A stretch of 64,000 nt of DNA from Gammaproteobacteria bacterium. GTDB lineage: Bacteria > Pseudomonadota > Gammaproteobacteria > Eutrophobiales > Eutrophobiaceae. Numbering within the stretch: the stretch's first letter is position 1; the number at the start of each line of letters is the position of its first letter. The DNA lies in the NCBI GenBank assembly GCA_963422205.2, contig CAXMWX010000005.1:384001-448000 (forward strand), written 5' to 3'. The notes beneath the pieces were generated by a model. The model made no database searches and had not been told where the DNA came from. It saw nothing but the letters and a program-made list of their open reading frames with translations. Positions 40,294-51,785 of this stretch are shown here, piece by piece. A program made the position numbers and the translations under genes.

Positions 40294-40340
40294 TGGGCAT
40301 CTCAACCGTAAAATTTTTTGCAATCAACAGGACAATCACC

Positions 40341-43300
40341 ATGAACCTACACCGCATTCCCGCATCGCCTAAAACCGACCGCACGACTTATCGATTCCAT
40401 CGCCTGCTCACGGGCCTGCTGACAGCCCTGCTGACAACCCTGCCGGCCCTTGTCCATGCCGAGGACACGGACATCTACTTCGGCGGCATCTCCTCATCCA
40501 GTGTCCATCCGAATATCCTACTCATTCTCGACACCTCCACCAGTATGGAGAATCGCGTCATCTCTACCCCGCCCAGGTCAAACCGTGCTGATGAGCCTTC
40601 CCGTCTGGAGGTGATGCAGGATGCCGTGCGGGGGATCATTGAAAACATCAACGATGTGAATATCGGCCTGATGCGCTTCAGTCGCCGGGATGGCGGGGCC
40701 GTGCTGTTTCCCATTGCCCCGATTGATGCCCCGCTCACTGACTATCTCAGCGAGGATGCCGACCGGGTGACCATCATGGCCACCCTCGGCACATCGTCTG
40801 ACGATGCGGTGCAAACGGGCAACACAGTGACACTGGACGACAATGTGCTTGAGTTTAACAATAACACGACTGTGGGGATCCGCTTCCCGGAGGTGAACAT
40901 CCCGCAGGGGGCCACGATTGAATCCGCCAGAATCACGTTTAACAGAGCAGGCAGGCTACTCGGAAATAACGGCCCTGTCACCATCGCCGTCCGGGGCGAA
41001 CGGGCTGTCAACGCCCCCCCATTCGCTGCACAGAACAGAAACATCAGCAAGCGCAACAAGACCGCCGCCCGTGTCACCTGGAGCCCTGATGACTGGGCGA
41101 CTTCGAATGATCCAGACCGCTATCACGACACGGCTGAACTCCAGCCCATTGTGCAGCAGATTGTCAATCGGGGCGGCTGGCAGCCCAACAACGCCATGAG
41201 CTTTATCTTTAAAACCAGCGGCCAGAATCGACCTGCTTGCTCCTCTCCCCCCTCTTCCCTCCCCTGCGGCCCCGACCAACGTCAGGCAACGGCGTATGAC
41301 TCCCCAGACCTCAAGCAGGCACCATGGCTGACAGTGACCTACAGGCGAACGACCAGCGAAACCAGGACCGTGCGCGACCGGCTGCTGGAGATCGTTGATG
41401 GACTCATCCCGGCCTCAGGCACGCCCATCGTCACCACGCTGCATGAGGCCGCCCGCTACTGGACGGGCGGTGCCATCAATTATGGCCAGGACCGGGGCGG
41501 CAGCCGCGTCACCCGCTTAAGTCACCCGGCCAGCTACTGCGAAGAGGATGATACCGGTGCGACCACCTGTAACGGCACCACGACCACCGACTTCGGCGTG
41601 GTCAACCCCTTCGGCTGTACCGCCGATGATCTCAACAGCCCGGCCTGCCTTAACCGCCGAATCTCCGGCACGCCCGCTTATCTCAGCCCGTTTCGCTCAT
41701 CCTGCCAGTCCAGCTATCAGGTGTTGCTGACAGACGGTCTGGCGACCCACTCCGATGATGCGGCGCGCACGGCCATTCCGACTGAATTTTTAAATGGCGC
41801 CACCTGTGTAAACAAGGCCAACGAAAATGAAGAATGCGGCGTGGAGCTGGCCGAGGCGCTGTTTGATAACGATCAGGACACCCAGCTGCCAGAGACACAA
41901 AACGTCACCACCTTCACTGTGGCATTTAACCTGGACGATGCTGGTGCCAGACAGTTTCTGGAGGACATGGCGGTGGCGGGCAGTGGCAGCGCGACCGGCT
42001 TTTATTCGGCCAGCAACAGCCAGGACCTGCTGAACGCCTTCAATACCATCCTCTCCAATGTGCAGGATGAGTCCACCGCTTTCGCCGCACCGGCCATCGC
42101 CACCAACCAGTTCAACAGCTTGGAAAGCCGCGATGCGATCTATTTCGGCATGTTCACACCGGCACGCTCGGCACGCTGGTTTGGCAATATCAAGCGCTAT
42201 CAGCTTTGTCTGGAGGAAGACCCGGATGGCGATGGCACGAACGACTGCACCTTTGGCGAGGTGCTGGATGCAAGAGGAGGAAGGGCCACCGATCCGACTA
42301 CCGATCAATTTCTGGGTACGGCGCAGAGCTTCTGGAGCACAGCCCCGGATGGCTCGCAGACCACGGAAGGCGGCGCTGGCGAGATACTGGACGACTACAC
42401 GGAGCGTGTGCTCTACACCAATGTGCGTAATCGGGTTGGTGGCCTGGCGCCCCCCGGTACTGACCTGGAGACCACGACCAGCGATGGTGGCTACAAGATC
42501 ACCGCCAGCAACTGGACGAGTCCCGGTTTAAATAAAGTCAGACGTCTGGTCTGTCGCCTGACGCCAACCACCACCCCACAACCCGCGGCCAATAACAACA
42601 ACCAGACGCGTTGCGAGGATCGCATGTTATGGATGCTGGGCAAGGCGATTGCCCCAGAGGCCACCGATCCGAGTACCTCAACACACTGGTCTATCTACGA
42701 TGTCTTGCACAGCGCCCCGGCCCCGGTCACCTACGGCGGCAGGGACAGCGATGGCGATGGTCTCATAGACACCTACTACGACAAGGTCTTCGTCGGCACC
42801 AATGATGGCATGCTGCACATGCTGGATGCGGCGACCGGCAAGGAAGACTGGGCCTTCATCCCACAGGGCATGTTGGTAAAACAATCGACCCTGTTTAACA
42901 ATGTGGAGTATGGCGGCAGCGACAGACCCACAGCGCACGTCTACGGGATAGACTCCCCGCCCACCATCCGCATGGTGGATGAAAACCGGGATGGCGTCAT
43001 TGATCCGACCGCTGGCGATTTTGTCCACCTGTATGTCGGCAACCGGCGCGGCGGCAATCGCTATTATGCGCTGGATGTCACGCCAACGCAGGCCATGGAC
43101 TCCAATACCAGCGCCGCCAGCGCCAGGATTTACCCCACATACCTCTGGGGCATCAAGGGGGAAGGCCGGATCGCTGGCGAACTACCGGTGTCAAGGTTGG
43201 CTACGAGTGGCTTTAGACGCCTGGCGCAGACCTGGTCACAGCCCGTGCTGGCCGATATACGTGTGCGTACATCATCCCCCCCCCCTAACGCTAACGACAC

Positions 43301-44480
43301 CGCCATCAAAACCGTGCTGATATTCGGCGGCGGCTATGATGAGAGGCTGGATGGTGATGGCAACTTCTCCGCCTCGGACACGGGCAGGTTTGCCATTACT
43401 GATTCCGCAGGCAACATCAGAAACGCTGTGGGCAATGCGGTATTCATCGTCGATGCGGATGAGGGTGAGTTGTTGCTGAGCATTACCGGTGGTGGGCCCG
43501 GGGCCACAGGGGGCAACCGCGCTATCCGGGTAGACGATATGAACTACTCGGTACCCGCCCCGGTTACCGTGTTTGACAGTGATGGTGATGGAGTGGAGGA
43601 TCGGATTTACTTTGCCGACACCGGTGGTCAAGTGTTCCGCGTGGATCTGGGTAATGATATCAGGGAGAACGGTACAGGTCTGGATGGCACTGTCAGCAAT
43701 CGTACCGTAGTCGGTCGGTTGGCGGCCATCGCAACGCCCGGCACGCCCGTCGATGAGCGGCGCTTCTTCACCCAGCCCATCGTCGTACAGGTGCAGGATT
43801 TTAACTACTCGGATGCGGCCAATGGTGAGTTTGATTATGTGCTGATAGGCTCAGGGTATGAGCCGCGCCCGCTGAACACCCAGGTCAATGATCGCTTCTA
43901 TGGTTTCCGTGATCTTCGCATCGCCAAAATGCAGGACACGAATGGCGATAATCTGGCCGATGGTTATCCGGCACGCTCCGGCGCGATATCAGGAACCGGG
44001 CCCATCGGTCACGGTAACGCCGCTGACCTGGTGGATATCACCCAAGCACCCCTGGCAACCACTGACACCACCCGCAGCGCGACTGGCTGGTATTATGATT
44101 TTGACAGTGATACCGATGTGATTGCCGGCGAGAAGGTCATCCGCCGGCCTCGGGTGCTGGGCGGCGTGTTGCTGTTCTCATCCTACCGTCCTGGCGCCGG
44201 TGCCAGTACGGTTGATGAATGCAGCGCCAATGTCGGTCTCAGCCATGATTACAACTGGAATATCCTCTCCGGCGCCGCAGCGCTGGATTGGGATGGTGAT
44301 GGTGATATAGACGCTGACGATCGCGCCCGCGAAGGCAGTGCTGGCGTTAACTCCGGGGGTGTGCCCATATATACCGATGATGGGGTTTTACTGCTGAAAA
44401 CCACGGGTGCCGGTCTTGGCACCGAGCGGGTAACATCGGGTGTGCCACGCTTTAGAACCTACTGGCATGATGGCCTGTAG
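40341..44480 (+). CDS. pilY1: Type IV pilus tip adhesin PilY1 (vWA plus beta-propeller)
   Basis: PNILLILDTSTSM, LLTDG, GTNDGMLH, LAQTWSQP, LIFGGGYD, DRIYFADTGGQVFRVD. Confidence 0.93.
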   Translation: MNLHRIPASPKTDRTTYRFHRLLTGLLTALLTTLPALVHAEDTDIYFGGISSSSVHPNILLILDTSTSMENRVISTPPRSNRADEPSRLEVMQDAVRGIIENINDVNIGLMRFSRRDGGAVLFPIAPIDAPLTDYLSEDADRVTIMATLGTSSDDAVQTGNTVTLDDNVLEFNNNTTVGIRFPEVNIPQGATIESARITFNRAGRLLGNNGPVTIAVRGERAVNAPPFAAQNRNISKRNKTAARVTWSPDDWATSNDPDRYHDTAELQPIVQQIVNRGGWQPNNAMSFIFKTSGQNRPACSSPPSSLPCGPDQRQATAYDSPDLKQAPWLTVTYRRTTSETRTVRDRLLEIVDGLIPASGTPIVTTLHEAARYWTGGAINYGQDRGGSRVTRLSHPASYCEEDDTGATTCNGTTTTDFGVVNPFGCTADDLNSPACLNRRISGTPAYLSPFRSSCQSSYQVLLTDGLATHSDDAARTAIPTEFLNGATCVNKANENEECGVELAEALFDNDQDTQLPETQNVTTFTVAFNLDDAGARQFLEDMAVAGSGSATGFYSASNSQDLLNAFNTILSNVQDESTAFAAPAIATNQFNSLESRDAIYFGMFTPARSARWFGNIKRYQLCLEEDPDGDGTNDCTFGEVLDARGGRATDPTTDQFLGTAQSFWSTAPDGSQTTEGGAGEILDDYTERVLYTNVRNRVGGLAPPGTDLETTTSDGGYKITASNWTSPGLNKVRRLVCRLTPTTTPQPAANNNNQTRCEDRMLWMLGKAIAPEATDPSTSTHWSIYDVLHSAPAPVTYGGRDSDGDGLIDTYYDKVFVGTNDGMLHMLDAATGKEDWAFIPQGMLVKQSTLFNNVEYGGSDRPTAHVYGIDSPPTIRMVDENRDGVIDPTAGDFVHLYVGNRRGGNRYYALDVTPTQAMDSNTSAASARIYPTYLWGIKGEGRIAGELPVSRLATSGFRRLAQTWSQPVLADIRVRTSSPPPNANDTAIKTVLIFGGGYDERLDGDGNFSASDTGRFAITDSAGNIRNAVGNAVFIVDADEGELLLSITGGGPGATGGNRAIRVDDMNYSVPAPVTVFDSDGDGVEDRIYFADTGGQVFRVDLGNDIRENGTGLDGTVSNRTVVGRLAAIATPGTPVDERRFFTQPIVVQVQDFNYSDAANGEFDYVLIGSGYEPRPLNTQVNDRFYGFRDLRIAKMQDTNGDNLADGYPARSGAISGTGPIGHGNAADLVDITQAPLATTDTTRSATGWYYDFDSDTDVIAGEKVIRRPRVLGGVLLFSSYRPGAGASTVDECSANVGLSHDYNWNILSGAAALDWDGDGDIDADDRAREGSAGVNSGGVPIYTDDGVLLLKTTGAGLGTERVTSGVPRFRTYWHDGL

Positions 44481-44688
44481 CTGGCGATGATGATAAGGCT
44501 ATCGATCGCGCCTGCCGGAAAACAGATAAGGTAACGGAATCTGCAACGACGTGTTGTCTACTTAACTTAAACCAGGTGAACTGGAAGAAGACAGACAATC
44601 TCCGAGGCCGTGTTAGTTGATGGACACGTATAAAGCGCCGGAACAACTGAAGAGGCTTGCTGGTGACAGCTTGCTGCTGCCGTTGTGA

Positions 44689-44900
44689 GTGCGCCTGCGT
44701 TTGGAGCAAGCCGGTTTCTCAACAGAGCCAGTGACAGCTTTGGTTGAGGCACAGCGTGATGCCTTTGCCGGGCAACCAGCCACCCAGGCCGACCTGGCAC
44801 TGACTACGCAAGAACTCACCGCTGAAATACAGACCATGAAAACCAGCTTTCAGGGGAGATTGGTGTTGCGCTACTGGATGCCTGGTTTTAGCCGGCGCAT
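44689..44900 (+). pseudogene. Degenerate DUF1640/CCDC90-like fragment
   Basis: RLEQAGFS...ALVEAQ...ATQADL...LVLRYWM. Confidence 0.55.
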
Positions 44901-45115
44901 CACGACGCTGCCCATGCTGCCAATTCTCGCCGCCATCCTGCGAACATACTCTGCCGACAATTTTCTTCTATTAACTAAACCGCAAACGCTGGCGAACAAT
45001 GATTTTTCAGGCGCTTATCTGCTCATTACTGCAATACCAGGTTGTCACGAGGCAGCCGCCTTAGAACATGCAGTGACATTGGCAGCCGGCCGGACACACT
45101 GTGTGCCAAGGGCGG

Positions 45116-45592
45116 CTATTGACAATGCTCGGCCAGATATTCCCGTGCCTTCGCCAACTCTGCCTGGCGTTGCTCCTCGCCAATACGCACACGCTGCCCA
45201 TCTTCACTCACTTTATTCACCCTGGGCCTGGAATACGATGCCAGACGCCGCCTGGCATTATCGCAACGTTGTTTTTTAGCGGCTTTCTCTTCGGCCTGTT
45301 GTTGCTTCTCATCAGCGTTCTTCTGGCGTTGGTCAGCGCGCTTCCTAAACCCTTCAACCCGGTCTTGCAAATCCTGCTGCGCCTGCGTCGATCCCTTGCT
45401 GTATTTCGGCTCCACCACATCTGACTCAACCCCTGGCGGCGGATTTTGGCTGAACTGAACATTGCCGTCCTCATCCACCCATTTATAGACTCGGGCAGAT
45501 GCCGGTGTCGTGATGATGAGGATAAAAAACAGGCCCGGCGCCAGCAGCCTGGTAAACAACGGATGAGATGTCACGCCATCGTTATTCATCAT
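45116..45592 (-). CDS. DUF4124 domain secreted protein
   Basis: VYKWVDEDGNVQFSQNPP. Confidence 0.88.
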   Translation of the reverse strand: MMNNDGVTSHPLFTRLLAPGLFFILIITTPASARVYKWVDEDGNVQFSQNPPPGVESDVVEPKYSKGSTQAQQDLQDRVEGFRKRADQRQKNADEKQQQAEEKAAKKQRCDNARRRLASYSRPRVNKVSEDGQRVRIGEEQRQAELAKAREYLAEHCQ

Positions 45593-45753
45593 TAATCCTC
45601 ATTAATCCACCGCCCTCGGAGGATCATAGCATACCTGAATAATACTGTTATATATAGGATTGACTATGAAATTTATCGTTCCCAAGGCACCGAAATATAG
45701 TATGCTTGAGGCGTGCAATCAAACCTATCATCTACGTACAGAGGACAGAGATC

Positions 45754-46230
45754 ATGAACAAGCGCATACTCCCGTTCCTGGCATTACCCCCGCTGTTTTT
45801 TTTTCTACTGCCAAGTCAGGCGGTTACGGTTTTTCAATGTAAAGATGCCAGCGGCCGCATAAGTTTTCAGGACCGCTGCCCGCCAGGGACAACGCGGGTA
45901 GGAGAGAAAACATACGCCAGCAGAAAATCCACGGACGATGTCGGCTCATTCAGCGGCCCGGTCACGCTCTACCGCATCCCCGATTGCGGCGGCTGTGAAC
46001 AGGTTAAGGAGTTTATGGCCGCCAGAGGCATTGCGGTGACAGAGAAAGATGTCAATGACAATGTCGATAACCAGGGCGAGTTGCAAGATAAAACAGGGGA
46101 GTTGCGGGTGCCGACCGTAATCATCGGCGACAAGGCGATCACCGGCTACAACCGCAACAGCCTGATCTCGGCCTTGAGCGAGGCAGGCTACCGATCTTCC
46201 GACCAGCAAGAGGGTGGCGGCGAGAACTGA
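45754..46230 (+). CDS. DUF4124-like plus glutaredoxin domain protein
   Basis: VFQCKDASGRISFQDRCP; CGGC; VPTVIIG. Confidence 0.85.
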   Translation: MNKRILPFLALPPLFFFLLPSQAVTVFQCKDASGRISFQDRCPPGTTRVGEKTYASRKSTDDVGSFSGPVTLYRIPDCGGCEQVKEFMAARGIAVTEKDVNDNVDNQGELQDKTGELRVPTVIIGDKAITGYNRNSLISALSEAGYRSSDQQEGGGEN

Positions 46231-46334
46231 GAGACGACCTGCTAACAGCCGGGCTGTATTGAAATCATTAACCTCAGGCATTGACCTCAGGATATCGCCC
46301 CCGGAATATCAACTTTGGACATCAAGCCAAAACA

Positions 46335-47303
46335 TTAATTCTGGGCCGTATCAAGCCGCGAATCGTCGGCCATCAACTCCCTGGGCAAAGAGAACACCAC
46401 GCTCTCCCGAATGCCCGGTGCTTCGATCACCGTATCGGTGCCTGATTGCTTGAGCTTGTCTATCACCTCTTCAACCAGCACCTCGGGGGCCGAGGCCCCG
46501 GCGGTGAGACCGATACGGTTTTTCCCCTTCAGCCAGTGACTTTGAATTTCAGACGCATTGTCGATCAGATAAGCCGGCACCCCTTTTTTCTGCGAGATCT
46601 CCATCAGGCGGGTGGAGTTGGAACTGTTCTGCGAACCGACCACCAAAATCAGATCACAATCAGCCGTGAGTTTTTTCACCGCATCCTGCCGGTTCTGCGT
46701 GGCATAGCAGATATCTTCTTTTTTCGGCCCAACGATCTTGGGGAAACGCTGCCGCAAGGCATCGATCACCTCGGCGGTGTCGTCCATTGACAGGGTTGTC
46801 TGGGTGACAAACGCCAGGAAATCCGCATTATTGACTTGCAGGTTCCAAACATCCTCCACCGACTCGACCAGATACATGCCTGCCTGCGGATGCCTGGATT
46901 CGTACTGCCCGATAGTGCCTTCCACTTCCGGGTGGCCTGCATGGCCTATCAGAATACACTCGCGGCCCTCATCCTGATACCGCCCGACCTCCATGTGCAC
47001 TTTTGTGACCAAGGGACAAATCGCATCAAATACCCGCAGACCACGTTGACATGCGACTTCACGCACGGCCTTCGATACCCCGTGTGCGCTGAAGATGACT
47101 GTGGCTTCATTCGGCACCTCATCCAGCTCTTCGACAAACACGGCGCCTTTCTCCCGCAAGGTATCGACCACGTACTTGTTATGTACCACTTCATGCCGCA
47201 CATAGACCGGCGCACCAAATAACGTAAGCGCACGTTCCACAATCTCAATCGCCCGGTCAACACCAGCACAAAAGCCGCGGGGGTTAGCTAAGGTTATCTG
47301 CAT
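46335..47303 (-). CDS. ispH: 4-hydroxy-3-methylbut-2-enyl diphosphate reductase
   Basis: [38 protein letters not shown]. Confidence 0.98.
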   Translation of the reverse strand: MQITLANPRGFCAGVDRAIEIVERALTLFGAPVYVRHEVVHNKYVVDTLREKGAVFVEELDEVPNEATVIFSAHGVSKAVREVACQRGLRVFDAICPLVTKVHMEVGRYQDEGRECILIGHAGHPEVEGTIGQYESRHPQAGMYLVESVEDVWNLQVNNADFLAFVTQTTLSMDDTAEVIDALRQRFPKIVGPKKEDICYATQNRQDAVKKLTADCDLILVVGSQNSSNSTRLMEISQKKGVPAYLIDNASEIQSHWLKGKNRIGLTAGASAPEVLVEEVIDKLKQSGTDTVIEAPGIRESVVFSLPRELMADDSRLDTAQN

Positions 47304-47429
47304 AATCAGCCCATCGTTATACGTATAAAAGGGCATTGTATACTGTCAGACGGCCGCTTGCACCCGGCAAATGCGACCGGCGAGGATGATCGATTCAGTG
47401 TGACCAACTCAAGCCCCGGCACCCGCATC

Positions 47430-47939
47430 TCAGCGTGTGTCCTTTCTGCCGGCAGCCGTGCTGACCTTGGCCTGATCCAGCCAGATGGCATCGATGATCA
47501 ACATAACCGCCCCCACCGTGATGGCAGTATCGGCCACATTAAACACCGGCCAATGCCACCTGCCATAATACACATCGAAAAAATCAATGACGTACCCCAG
47601 AGAGAGACGATCCCACAGATTGCCTGCCGCCCCGCCCAGCACCAAGGCCAGGGCGCTGGCCAACCCGTGTTGTTCCCGGGGCAGGCGCAACAGCCAGACT
47701 GTCAGGACAAGCATCACGATAAGCCCCAGCACGATAAAAAAATACCGCTGCCAGCCGCCCGCATCGCCCAGCAGGCTAAAGGCAGCACCCGCATTGTGTA
47801 CCAGCGTCAGATTAACGCCGGGGAGAAGCGCATAAGGCACGGCAAAGCTCAGATATTTCGTGGCCAGGTATTTTGTCAACTGATCCAGCAACAGCACCAG
47901 CACAGACAGCAGCAGCCATTTTTTATTGCCGACCTTCAT
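47430..47939 (-). CDS. lspA: Lipoprotein signal peptidase
   Basis: DQLTK, HNAGAAFS, GNLWDR, FNVAD. Confidence 0.97.
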   Translation of the reverse strand: MKVGNKKWLLLSVLVLLLDQLTKYLATKYLSFAVPYALLPGVNLTLVHNAGAAFSLLGDAGGWQRYFFIVLGLIVMLVLTVWLLRLPREQHGLASALALVLGGAAGNLWDRLSLGYVIDFFDVYYGRWHWPVFNVADTAITVGAVMLIIDAIWLDQAKVSTAAGRKDTR

Positions 47940-47950
47940 ATCAATGCAGG

Positions 47951-50788
47951 CTAACACCAATGCCGTGCTTCACCATCGCCCGCGATATTACCGACACAGC
48001 GCGTACACAACGCGGGATGTTCGGCCTGCTGCCCTACGTCCTGGCAACGATGCCAGCAACGCACACACTTGGCCTGTGCGGAGGCTTCAATGGCTAATGC
48101 CAGGCCGTCCAGCGTGGTCTTGCGTGCGCCTGTATCGGCACTGGCATCAACACCGGCCAGCGGCAATACCGTTGCTTTTGAGGTGATGAGAAAAAAACGT
48201 AACTCCCCGGCCACCTTGTCCAGCAGGGAACAGAATGCCTGATCACAATAAAGCGTCACCTCCGCATCCAGCGAGGAACCGATGGCACCGGCAGCGCGCA
48301 GGCGCTCCAGCTCCCGACTCACTTCCTCACGCAGCCGGATCAGGCTCGCCCAGTCCTGCAAGGCATCGGCATCGACTGCTGGGGCTGCCCCATACCACTC
48401 ATCCAGAAAGACAGAGGCACGGCGAGAGCCGGGAATGTATTGCCACAACTCATCGGCGGTAAAACTCAAGATCGGTGCCAGCCAGCGGCTCATCGCTTCG
48501 ATAATATGGTACATGCAGGTCTGTGCAGAACGTCTGGCGATCGAGTCGGCCGGCAAGGTGTAGATGCGATCTTTGATAATATCCAGAAACAAACTCCCCA
48601 GGATCACCACACAAAAATGATGAATTTTTTGATAAATCAAATGAAATTGAAACTCATGATAGGCGCAGATGATCGCCTGCTGTAGCTGCATGGCCTGATG
48701 CAACACCCACCTGTCCAAATCGAGCATCGCTGCCACCGCAACACAATCATGCGGCGGATTAAAATCATGCAGGTTGGCCAGCAGATAGCGTGCCGTGTTG
48801 CGGATACGGCGATAGGCATCGGCGGTGCGCTTGAGTATCTCCTCCGAGACGCTCATTTCTGTGCGGTAATCCGTGGCCGCCACCCACAAGCGCAACACAT
48901 CCGCCCCCAGCGTCTTCATGATTTTTTGCGGTGCCACCACATTGCCGCGCGATTTCGACATCTTGTGGCCTTTGGCATCGACAGTAAAACCATGCGTCAA
49001 CACGGTTTTGTAAGGTGCCGCCGCATGCATCCCCACGCCGGTCAGCAGGGCAGACTGAAACCAGCCTCGATGCTGATCCGAGCCCTCCAGATACAAGTCG
49101 GCAGGATGGTGTAACCCGGCATGGGTTTGCAGCACCGAGGTGTGCGTCACCCCGGAATCAAACCACACATCCAGCACATCGTCGGCTTTTTCATAGGCAG
49201 CCGCCTCCGCCCCCAGCAGGCTCTCCGGCGCAAGCTCAAACCAGGCATCAATCCCCCGGGTTTCGATCTGCTTCGCCACAGCCTCGATCAACTGCGCCGT
49301 GTCGGGATGCAACTCGCCGGTTTCCTTATGGATAAACACAGCAACAGGCACACCCCAGCAGCGTTGCCTGGAAATACACCAGTCGGTGCGCTCGGCGACC
49401 ATGCTGTGGATGCGCTGCCGCCCCCATTCAGGCAGCCATATCACCTGATCGATGGCGGCGAGCGCCTGCTCTCTTAGCTGCTGGTTGTCCATGCCAAAAA
49501 ACCATTGCGGTGTCGCCCGAAAGATGACCGGAGACTGATGCCGCCAGCAATGCGGATAACTGTGTTGAAGCCTTGCCTCGGCCAGCAGGTTGCCGTTATT
49601 TTCTACCACCTCAATGACATGCGGGTTGGCGGCGAACACATGCTCACCGGCAAAATACGTCACATCATCATCGAAACATCCGTTGTCGCCAACCGGGCTG
49701 GTCACGACCAGCTTATATTCAAGCCCTGCCTGATAGTCATCAACCCCATGCCCCGGTGCGGTGTGTACCGCCCCCGTGCCGGCCTCAAGGGTAACGTGCG
49801 CCCCTAGGATCACCGGCACCTGCCGGTCGTAGAACGGATGGCGTAACAACACCGCTTGCAGTTCCGCCCCCGTCCTCATGGCAAGGCACTCATACGCCTT
49901 GAAGCCGTATCTCTGCATGGCGGCATCGACCAGCTTTGCCGCCAGAATAAGACGCTCTCTTGTGCCATCATCGTGATGCACTTCAATCAGGCTGTAGTCA
50001 TATTCCCGATGAACTGCCACGGCTTGATTTGCCGGCAATGTCCAGGGCGTGGTCGTCCAAATCACCACCGAGGTCTTTATCTTATCGGCGATAACATCAT
50101 CACGCCCGAAGACAGCCAACACCGCCTCCTCATCGGCTACCGGAAAGCACACATCAATGGCAGGCGATCGCCGTTGCTGATACTCAACTTCAGCTTCCGC
50201 CAGAGCAGAGCCGCAATCCATGCACCAGTACACCGGCTTATAACCCTTCATGAGATGCCCGGCAGCAATCATCCGACCGAGCGCACGCACTGTATCGGCC
50301 TCCATCTTAAAGGCCATCGTCATGTAAGGTGCATCCCAGTCGCCCAGCACGCCCAGACGCTTAAAGTCATCCCGCTGTTTATCGATCTGCCCAAGGGCAT
50401 ACTCACGACAGGCACAACGGAAATCACGGGCGCTGATCTTCGCCCCGGGCTTGCCGGATTTTTTCTCTACCTGTAACTCGATCGGCAATCCATGACAATC
50501 CCAGCCAGGCACATAAGGGCTGTCAAACCCCGCCAGGCTTTTTGATTTGACGATAATATCCTTGAGGATCTTGTTGACGGCATGGCCGATATGAATATCC
50601 CCATTGGCATACGGTGGGCCGTCATGCAGCACGTATTTATCACAGCCGGCCTTGGCTTCACGCAGCCGTTGATACAGGTTCATCTCATGCCAGCGTTGCA
50701 GCATCTGCGGCTCCCGGTTGGCCAGGTTGGCCTTCATGGGGAACTCCGTGCTGGGCAGATTCAAGGTGTCTTTATACGGATTATTCAT
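47951..50788 (-). CDS. ileS: Isoleucine--tRNA ligase
   Basis: [29 protein letters not shown]. Confidence 0.99.
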   Translation of the reverse strand: MNNPYKDTLNLPSTEFPMKANLANREPQMLQRWHEMNLYQRLREAKAGCDKYVLHDGPPYANGDIHIGHAVNKILKDIIVKSKSLAGFDSPYVPGWDCHGLPIELQVEKKSGKPGAKISARDFRCACREYALGQIDKQRDDFKRLGVLGDWDAPYMTMAFKMEADTVRALGRMIAAGHLMKGYKPVYWCMDCGSALAEAEVEYQQRRSPAIDVCFPVADEEAVLAVFGRDDVIADKIKTSVVIWTTTPWTLPANQAVAVHREYDYSLIEVHHDDGTRERLILAAKLVDAAMQRYGFKAYECLAMRTGAELQAVLLRHPFYDRQVPVILGAHVTLEAGTGAVHTAPGHGVDDYQAGLEYKLVVTSPVGDNGCFDDDVTYFAGEHVFAANPHVIEVVENNGNLLAEARLQHSYPHCWRHQSPVIFRATPQWFFGMDNQQLREQALAAIDQVIWLPEWGRQRIHSMVAERTDWCISRQRCWGVPVAVFIHKETGELHPDTAQLIEAVAKQIETRGIDAWFELAPESLLGAEAAAYEKADDVLDVWFDSGVTHTSVLQTHAGLHHPADLYLEGSDQHRGWFQSALLTGVGMHAAAPYKTVLTHGFTVDAKGHKMSKSRGNVVAPQKIMKTLGADVLRLWVAATDYRTEMSVSEEILKRTADAYRRIRNTARYLLANLHDFNPPHDCVAVAAMLDLDRWVLHQAMQLQQAIICAYHEFQFHLIYQKIHHFCVVILGSLFLDIIKDRIYTLPADSIARRSAQTCMYHIIEAMSRWLAPILSFTADELWQYIPGSRRASVFLDEWYGAAPAVDADALQDWASLIRLREEVSRELERLRAAGAIGSSLDAEVTLYCDQAFCSLLDKVAGELRFFLITSKATVLPLAGVDASADTGARKTTLDGLALAIEASAQAKCVRCWHRCQDVGQQAEHPALCTRCVGNIAGDGEARHWC

Positions 50789-50849
50789 GCGCTTATGCGG
50801 GATGTTCCAGTGACTGACATACGCCAATACGCCGCCATGCTGTGCGGGC

Positions 50850-51785
50850 TTACTCAGCGCTGCCTAAAATGGCCTTCGCCTGGGCGACATCAACGTGCAT
50901 TTGACCAACCAGTTCAGCCACCGTCGGGAAGGCACGGTCAAACCGGAGATGGCTGACAAACTCTACCTTGATACGCCGCCCATAAATATCCCCGGGATCG
51001 GTAAAGATAAAGACTTCCAGAAACAAGCGGGCACCATTAAACGTCGGGCGCGTACCCAGATAGGCAATCGCCGGCATCGCCTCAGACAGCAGATCGTGAA
51101 CCCGCACGGCAAAAATCCCCAGTAGCGGTGGCTTGTGATTACGCATTGAAATATTGGCTGTCGGGAAACCCAACTCACGACCACGCTTGTCGCCGTGCAT
51201 GACACGCCCGATCAGAAAATAAGGACGCCCCAGTAATTTCTCTGCCAGCCCCAGTTTGCCTTTTTTCAGGGCATCTCGGATACGGCTGCTGCTGACCCGC
51301 TCATTATCAATGGAATAGGTCTCGGTTGCAAACACCTCAAACCCCAGCCCCTGTCCCATCTGTTGCAGGGTTTGAAAATTACCGGCACGATTCTTACCAA
51401 AACGAAAATCATCGCCGACCACCACGACCTTGACATTCAGCCCGTTGAGCAAAATTTTTTTAATAAACTCTTCCGCCGTCAAGGCAGCAAATTTATGATT
51501 AAAACGCATACACACCAGGCGATCGATATCCAGCTCGCTGAACAGCAGTATCTTCTCACGGATGCTGTTAATACGGTATGGAATAGTATGCGGAGAGAAA
51601 TACTCAATACTGTGCGGCTCAAAGGTCATGATGACCGTTTCCAGATCACGCGCCCTGGCAATCGCACACACCTGCCGGTAGATGGTTTGATGGCCAAGAT
51701 GCAGACCATCGAAATTACCGATGGTCAAGACGCAGCCCCGGGCCGAGCAGGTGCTCGCATCCACATGTCGGATAAGCTCCATCAT
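50850..51785 (-). CDS. ribF: Riboflavin kinase/FAD synthetase
   Basis: [24 protein letters not shown]. Confidence 0.97.
   Translation of the reverse strand: MMELIRHVDASTCSARGCVLTIGNFDGLHLGHQTIYRQVCAIARARDLETVIMTFEPHSIEYFSPHTIPYRINSIREKILLFSELDIDRLVCMRFNHKFAALTAEEFIKKILLNGLNVKVVVVGDDFRFGKNRAGNFQTLQQMGQGLGFEVFATETYSIDNERVSSSRIRDALKKGKLGLAEKLLGRPYFLIGRVMHGDKRGRELGFPTANISMRNHKPPLLGIFAVRVHDLLSEAMPAIAYLGTRPTFNGARLFLEVFIFTDPGDIYGRRIKVEFVSHLRFDRAFPTVAELVGQMHVDVAQAKAILGSAE

Noticed and set aside
44900-45279. 3' part of the 196-aa ORF 44689..45279
   Set aside because: Read-through of a degraded DUF1640-like gene into the antisense of the DUF4124 gene
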